From Alphaproteobacteria bacterium (GTDB lineage: Bacteria > Pseudomonadota > Alphaproteobacteria > CADEGL01): DNA of 64,000 nt. The DNA lies in assembly GCA_046153685.1 (NCBI GenBank), contig JBJXGH010000191.1:2750-66749 (forward strand), read 5' to 3'. Shown here piece after piece: positions 59,218 through 64,000 of the stretch. Position numbers and translations under genes: made by a program. Under the pieces are notes generated by a model. That model was given only the letters and a program-made list of their open reading frames with translations. It searched no databases and was not told the DNA's origin. Positions within the stretch are counted from its first letter, which is position 1. Each line of letters opens with the position of its first letter.

Positions 59218-59712
59218 TTGCCGCCTATGTCACCGGCAATGTGGCGGACAACCCCGTTCGGCTGGCTGCTCTCGGCTGAGGTTGCCGATCAGTTGGGTAT
59301 GGACCTGGGTCTGGCGTGGAATTTTTATGTCTTCGCGAGGCTGCCTCGCGCGGCGCGGCGCTGGGGCACGCGCGCGAGTTTCTGGGGCGCGCTCGCGGTC
59401 GCGGGATTGGGTCTGCCGCTCGTCCTTCTGCCCCATCTCGGCGCATTGCTGGCCGGACTCGCGCTCATAGGCACGGGCACATTCTTCGCCCAAGCGGTTG
59501 CCACGGGGTTCGTCGGCCGCGTGGCCAGGGGCGACCGTGCCTCGGCGAGCGGCATCTATCTCGCGTGCTATTTTCTGGGCGGTCTTGCGGGTAGCGCGGC
59601 GCTGGGCGCGATTTTCATGCGCTCCGGCTGGCTAGGCTGCATCGCCGCGATCGGCGCATCCTTGGCCGTGGCGGCTTGGCTCGCCAGGCGCCTCGAAGAC
59701 TCGGCACCTTAG
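59218..59712 (+). pseudogene. 5'-truncated MFS transporter remnant (C-terminal about 5 TM only)
   Basis: The 164-aa ORF matches only the C-terminal part of a 12-TM MFS (…GTFFAQAVATGFVGRVARGDRASASGIYLACYFLGGLAGSAALGAIF…). Only about 185 bp separate it from bufA, leaving no room for the N-terminal half. Confidence 0.5.
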
Positions 59713-59722
59713 GCATTCGCGC

Positions 59723-60100
59723 CTACGCGGCGGCGACGTTGCCCGAAGCCGCTGCCATGTCGTGCCTATCATCCGACGGAAATGCGCCGAGATTTACACG
59801 CAGAATCACATGCTCGCCGCGGAGCGATATGGTCTTGCCGCAACTCCTCGGAACGGGGATGGATTTGACCTTGCACAGGAGCACGATCGCCGCAGCAATT
59901 TCGGAAGCCGAGATCGTGTGCGAACGGGGTGGGAGGCCGTTGACCCGAACCACGCAACTCACTCGCCGTTTCTCGTGCCGAGGTTGAACGTCGAGAATAT
60001 CGCCGGGGCCCAAGTTCGAGAATCGTCGTACATCCGGAATCGAAAAGGCCTCGACCAACTCGGCGCGCGAGAACGCGATGTAACGTATTTCCGACGGCAT
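59723..60100 (-). CDS. hypothetical protein (orphan, 125 aa)
   Basis: ATG start. Hand-read third codon positions are moderately G/C-biased. No family recognised. Sits in a patch that looks less GC-rich than its neighbours. Confidence 0.35.
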   Translation of the reverse strand: MPSEIRYIAFSRAELVEAFSIPDVRRFSNLGPGDILDVQPRHEKRRVSCVVRVNGLPPRSHTISASEIAAAIVLLCKVKSIPVPRSCGKTISLRGEHVILRVNLGAFPSDDRHDMAAASGNVAAA

Positions 60101-60230
60101 GGCGGTCCATCCGTAAGCGAGGCCGGAGCGTCTAGGGCGGCAGTATTACCGGGCGAAACTTAATAATTTCCTAGGTCCAAAACCCGCCCGGCGCGGATCA
60201 TTCGCCCACCAAGGTCGATCCTCTGGCCTG

Positions 60231-60252
60231 GCTGGGGCCTAGCTGGGGCCTA
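60231..60252. repeat. 11-bp tandem duplication GCTGGGGCCTA x2 spanning the TauD-like stop codon
   Basis: Read directly (60231-60241 and 60242-60252). Confidence 0.8.
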
Positions 60253-61287
60253 GCCGGCCGGCCGCGGAACCCAGCTCCGCTCCTCGCCCGCGTATTCGGG
60301 GCCGGGATTTCCCATCACCGTCGTGCGCCACATGATGCGGATGTACTTGTCCGCTTCGTACCAGCTCGGCGCGTGCAACAGATTGCGATTGTCGTAAATG
60401 ACGAGATCGCCCTTCGTCCAATCATGGACATAGACGAATTGATCCTGGGTCATGTGGCTCATCAGCTCGTACACGAGCTTCGCCCCCTCGCCGTCCGGCC
60501 CCGGCGACAGGCCGACGATGGGGCCGTCGACCCAATCCAGCTGTCCGCTCTCGCACATATAGATCGAAGGTCTTCCGGTCACCGGGTGGACGCGGACCAT
60601 GGATTGCTTCTGCGACCGCTGATGGGGGAGAAGCATTTTGGGCTGAACGCCGGAGCGCACGGCTTTTTCCGAGCGGCCATTGCTCGGCAGGGTATGCAGG
60701 GCTTCCATGCCTTGGATGCGCCGCTTCAGGTGCTCGGGCAGCGCCGCGTAGGCGGCGGTGCCGTCGGCGAACAAGGTCTGGCCCTGACCCTTGGGGGTCG
60801 GCTGTATCGCGATGAACAGCGAGAAATCGGGTGGCGGGCGGCGGAAACTCTGGTCCGAATGCCAGCCGCGCCGTTGAGGAAAGCGCGTGGGAAACTTGCC
60901 GTCCGGCGTCAGCGGCGGCTCGGGCCGCGTCATGGGCTGGTTGTTGATCGGCGGGGCATTGGTGACCAGGAGAATTTCGGGCACGTCCTCGTGGATGTTG
61001 AACAATGTCTTATTTTCGGCGGTGAAGGTCACGAGGTTGTTCTCGACCTCGGGCCCAAACAGCCTGGACAGACGCACCAGAAGACGCGGCTCGTCGAGAA
61101 TCTCGTCCATCCCGGGCAGGAACAAAAACCCGCCCGAGGCATAAAGCGCGTTCGCCAGCGCATCGGGTGTCTTCTCAAGCGCGTCCGTCGCCGCGCGCGC
61201 GCCCATGTCGGATTTGAAACGAACCACCCCGCCGAAATTCGCGCCCGGCAAGCGCGAAAGCTCGAACAACTGGGACGGAATTGTCAT
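60250..61287 (-). CDS. TauD/TfdA-family Fe(II)/2-oxoglutarate dioxygenase
   Basis: 345 aa with WHSDQSF (HxD), VHPVTGR and YDNRNLLHA. Confidence 0.8.
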   Translation of the reverse strand: MTIPSQLFELSRLPGANFGGVVRFKSDMGARAATDALEKTPDALANALYASGGFLFLPGMDEILDEPRLLVRLSRLFGPEVENNLVTFTAENKTLFNIHEDVPEILLVTNAPPINNQPMTRPEPPLTPDGKFPTRFPQRRGWHSDQSFRRPPPDFSLFIAIQPTPKGQGQTLFADGTAAYAALPEHLKRRIQGMEALHTLPSNGRSEKAVRSGVQPKMLLPHQRSQKQSMVRVHPVTGRPSIYMCESGQLDWVDGPIVGLSPGPDGEGAKLVYELMSHMTQDQFVYVHDWTKGDLVIYDNRNLLHAPSWYEADKYIRIMWRTTVMGNPGPEYAGEERSWVPRPAG

Positions 61288-61445
61288 CGGTGCCCTCCCT
61301 TACTTGGTCCGCGGCGCTTGGCGCGAGCGTCACCGCTTCGTCGTGGTATTTCACCACGGTCAAGCGCGCGTGCCAATGACCGGGCGCCGCTTGTTCGGCG
61401 CCCCCCCGCTCGACTAGCCTTGCGCACAGAACGGGGGAACGAACC

Positions 61446-63494
61446 ATGGGCCAATACGACGCGCTGTTGAGTCCTTTCCAGATCAAGCACCTGACCCTGC
61501 GCAACCGCGTGGTCAGCACCGCGCACGCCCCCGCCTATGACGAGGACCGCAAGCCCAAGGACCGCTACCAGCTCTATCACGCCGAAAAGGCCAAGGGCGG
61601 AGTTGGCCTGGTCATGTTCGGCGGCGCGACGGGTATTTCCTATGAATCCGAAGCGGGCTGGGGCCAGCTTTCGGCGGCCGACGACACGATCGTGCCCTAT
61701 TTCCGCCAATTCGCCGAGCGCGTGCACGGCCACGGCGCGAAACTCATGGTCCAGCTCTCCCACATGGGGCGCAAGGTGCGTTGGGATTTGGCGAACTGGA
61801 TGGTTCCGCTCGTGCCCTCGCACGTGCCGGAACGCATGAATTATCTTTACGCCAAGGTCTTCGAGGATTGGGACATCGCGCGCGTGGTAAGGGATTACGG
61901 CGCCGCCGCCGGACGGTGCCGCGAAGGCGGACTCGATGGTATCGAGATTTGCGCCTTCGCCAATCACGTCTTCGATCAGTTCTGGTCGCCCGACGTGAAC
62001 CGGCGAACCGACAATTACGGCGGCAGCTTCGAAAACCGCATCCGCTTCGGCCTCGAGGCGCTGGCCGAAATCCGGCGGGTCGCGGGCAAGGATTTCGTCG
62101 TCGGCATGCGCATGTCGGCGGACGAGCTGACCGAGCACGGCCTCACGCAAGGCGAATGCCTCGACATCGCCAAGGCCTATGCGAAAAGCGGTCTCGTCGA
62201 TTTTCTCAACATCGCGGCGAGCCAGACCTACAACAACATCTCGCATGCCACGATTACGCCGAGCATGTCGTTTCCAACGGCGGTATTCCTGCCCTATGCC
62301 AGCGCGATCAAGGCCGAGGTGGCGATCCCGATCATCCACGCCTCGCGTATCGCCGACGCCGCGACCGCCAACCGGGCGATTGCGGAAGGCCATGTCGATT
62401 TGGTCGGCATGACGCGCGCGCACATCGCCGATCCGCACTTCGTGCGGAAATTGATGGCGGGGCGCGAGGACGATATCCGCCAATGCGTGGGCGCGGCCTA
62501 TTGCATCGACCGGCTTTATACCGGAGGCGGAGCTGTCTGCACGCACAACGCGGCGACCAGCCGCGAACGCACGATGCCCCATGAGATTCCGAAGTCCGGC
62601 GCCGCGAGGCGCACGGTCGTCGTCGTCGGCGCGGGCCCGGGCGGACTCGAGGCGGCGCGCGTTTCGGCCGCGCGCGGACACCGGGTCATCCTGTTCGAGG
62701 CCGCGGCGAAAACCGGCGGCCAGATCAATCTCGCAAGTCGCCTCGGCTGGCGCGAGGCCATGTCGGGGATCGTGCGCTGGCTCGACGGTCAGGTGCGAAA
62801 GCACGGCGTCGAGCTCCGACTCGGCCATGAGGCGACGGCCGCGGACGTCCTGACCGAATTGCCCGACGTGGTGGTGATCGCAACGGGCGGCGTGCCGAAC
62901 AAGGGTCGCGCGGGCGATGCCGGCCTGCTGACGACGAGTTGGGATATCCTCGACGGCAAGGTGCCAAGCCATGCCGGGCAATCGGTGTTGATGTACGACG
63001 ACGGCTCCGACACCCAGGGCGTGACCGCCGCCCAATTTCTCGCCGAGAGCAGCGCATCGGTCGAATTCGTGACGCCGCACAAAGCGCCGGGCGAACGGCT
63101 GGGGCCGAACAACCGCCCGATTTACATCCGCAATCTCTACAAGCTCGGCGTCGTGACCACGCCGGATATGCGCCTCGTCTCGGTCACGCGCGAGGGCAAC
63201 CGATTGCTCGCCGTGCTGCGTAACGACTATCTCGCCCGCGACGAGGAACGCCTGATCGATCTCGTCGTGGTCGAGCACGGCACGCTGCCGCGCGACGAGA
63301 TATATTTCGCGCTGAAGAAACACTCGACCAATCGGGGCGAGGTCGATCAGGAGGCGCTCATGGCCGGAAGGCCGCAGAATATCGTGCGCAACCAAGCCGG
63401 GAAGTTCCAGCTTTTCCGCGTCGGCGACGCTGTCATGTCACGCAATATCCACGCCGCGATCTACGATTCGCTCAGGCTGTGCAAGGATTTGTGA
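61446..63494 (+). CDS. two-domain NADH:flavin oxidoreductase (OYE/FMN domain plus FAD/NAD(P) domain; StcD/DgcA/2,4-dienoyl-CoA-reductase-like)
   Basis: LRNRVVSTAH...GGVGLVMFGG...LMVQLSHMGR...GLDGIEIC...RTDNYGGSFENR, then VVVVGAGPGGLEAA. Confidence 0.8.
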   Translation: MGQYDALLSPFQIKHLTLRNRVVSTAHAPAYDEDRKPKDRYQLYHAEKAKGGVGLVMFGGATGISYESEAGWGQLSAADDTIVPYFRQFAERVHGHGAKLMVQLSHMGRKVRWDLANWMVPLVPSHVPERMNYLYAKVFEDWDIARVVRDYGAAAGRCREGGLDGIEICAFANHVFDQFWSPDVNRRTDNYGGSFENRIRFGLEALAEIRRVAGKDFVVGMRMSADELTEHGLTQGECLDIAKAYAKSGLVDFLNIAASQTYNNISHATITPSMSFPTAVFLPYASAIKAEVAIPIIHASRIADAATANRAIAEGHVDLVGMTRAHIADPHFVRKLMAGREDDIRQCVGAAYCIDRLYTGGGAVCTHNAATSRERTMPHEIPKSGAARRTVVVVGAGPGGLEAARVSAARGHRVILFEAAAKTGGQINLASRLGWREAMSGIVRWLDGQVRKHGVELRLGHEATAADVLTELPDVVVIATGGVPNKGRAGDAGLLTTSWDILDGKVPSHAGQSVLMYDDGSDTQGVTAAQFLAESSASVEFVTPHKAPGERLGPNNRPIYIRNLYKLGVVTTPDMRLVSVTREGNRLLAVLRNDYLARDEERLIDLVVVEHGTLPRDEIYFALKKHSTNRGEVDQEALMAGRPQNIVRNQAGKFQLFRVGDAVMSRNIHAAIYDSLRLCKDL

Positions 63495-63509
63495 GAGAGG
63501 ATTTGCAGG

Positions 63510-63550
63510 TTGGAGTTTCCTGTATTTGGCCTTTCGGAACCTGGAGTTTC
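63510..63550. repeat. 10-bp direct repeat TGGAGTTTCC x2 (31-bp period) upstream of the SDR gene
   Basis: Read directly (63510-63519 and 63541-63550). Confidence 0.8.
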
Positions 63551-63630
63551 CGCCCGGGGCACCGGGCAGCGCGTCGAAGTACGGTTCGGACTTTCTCTGA
63601 TTATCGGCAACCAGAACTTGTGAGGCCACC

Positions 63631-64000
63631 ATGCGTTCACTCGAAAATCTCGTTGTCCTGATCACCGGAGCCGGAAAGGGCCTTGGCCGTTCCCACGCCT
63701 TGCTCATGGCGGAGCGCGGCGCGGACCTGATCGTGCAGGACGAGAATGTGTCCGCGGTTGAGGAAACCGCCGCCCTGGTGTCGAAGCTCGGCCGGCGCGC
63801 GGAGCCAATTTCCTCCGATGTGGCCGATGCCCAATCGACCCAAACGGCCATCATGGGCGCGGAGGCGAAACTCGGTCGCATCGACGTTCTGGTGAACAAC
63901 GCCGGCATCAGCGGCCAGCACATGGAAATCGAGGCGATCGAGCCCGCGCGTCTTCAGCGCATGTTGGCGGTCCATGTCGGCGGCGCCTTCCATTGCGTCC
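63631..64000 (+). CDS. short-chain dehydrogenase/reductase (3' end runs off the window)
   Basis: Own translation from ATG 63631: MRSLENLVVLITGAGKGLGRSHALLMAERGADLIV...VLVNNAGIS. Not in the ORF track because no stop lies in the window. Confidence 0.85.
   Translation, partial: MRSLENLVVLITGAGKGLGRSHALLMAERGADLIVQDENVSAVEETAALVSKLGRRAEPISSDVADAQSTQTAIMGAEAKLGRIDVLVNNAGISGQHMEIEAIEPARLQRMLAVHVGGAFHCV

Noticed and set aside
61284-63395. 703-aa minus-strand ORF
   Set aside because: It is antisense to the OYE/FAD flavoenzyme gene, which has clear motifs. Its composition is artefactual.

Overview
High-GC bacterial chromosomal segment. The gene order (rpsP-rimM-trmD-rplS with ffh, then dapF-mtaB-ftsY-eamA-yciB) looks alphaproteobacterial; that placement is inference from synteny only. 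I call about 65 protein-coding genes. I found no rRNA, tRNA, CRISPR array, transposase, integrase or phage genes. Positions 1-23 kb are mostly housekeeping: ribosomal/SRP genes, dcd-like, dapF, mtaB, ftsY, pgk, an FprA-like reductase and korAB. Positions 23-64 kb are a patchwork of small metabolic operons for amine, betaine and acyl-CoA type chemistry, with four EamA/DMT transporters. Main points of interest: (1) a complete bufferin-type RiPP metallophore operon at 56476-59032 (DUF2282 precursor, DUF692/MbnB-like, DUF2063, DoxX). It is followed by a coding-looking mini-ORF and preceded by a truncated MFS gene. (2) Two tandem solitary EctC-like cupins sit between two EamA transporters (39221-41965) with no ectA/ectB in the window; one copy has lost a presumed metal ligand. 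(3) A CGNR zinc-finger gene is translationally coupled to two secreted, cysteine-capped pentapeptide-repeat proteins (3695-5678), behind a sharply AT-rich promoter island. (4) korA is interrupted by a single in-frame TAG (21782-21784). (5) A molybdopterin-hydroxylase large subunit lacks Fe-S and FAD partner genes and is coupled to a DMGDH-like flavoenzyme and a transporter. All family assignments come from motif recognition by eye on the supplied translations; no database search was run. Many long ORFs in the track are antisense or off-frame high-GC artefacts and were rejected.
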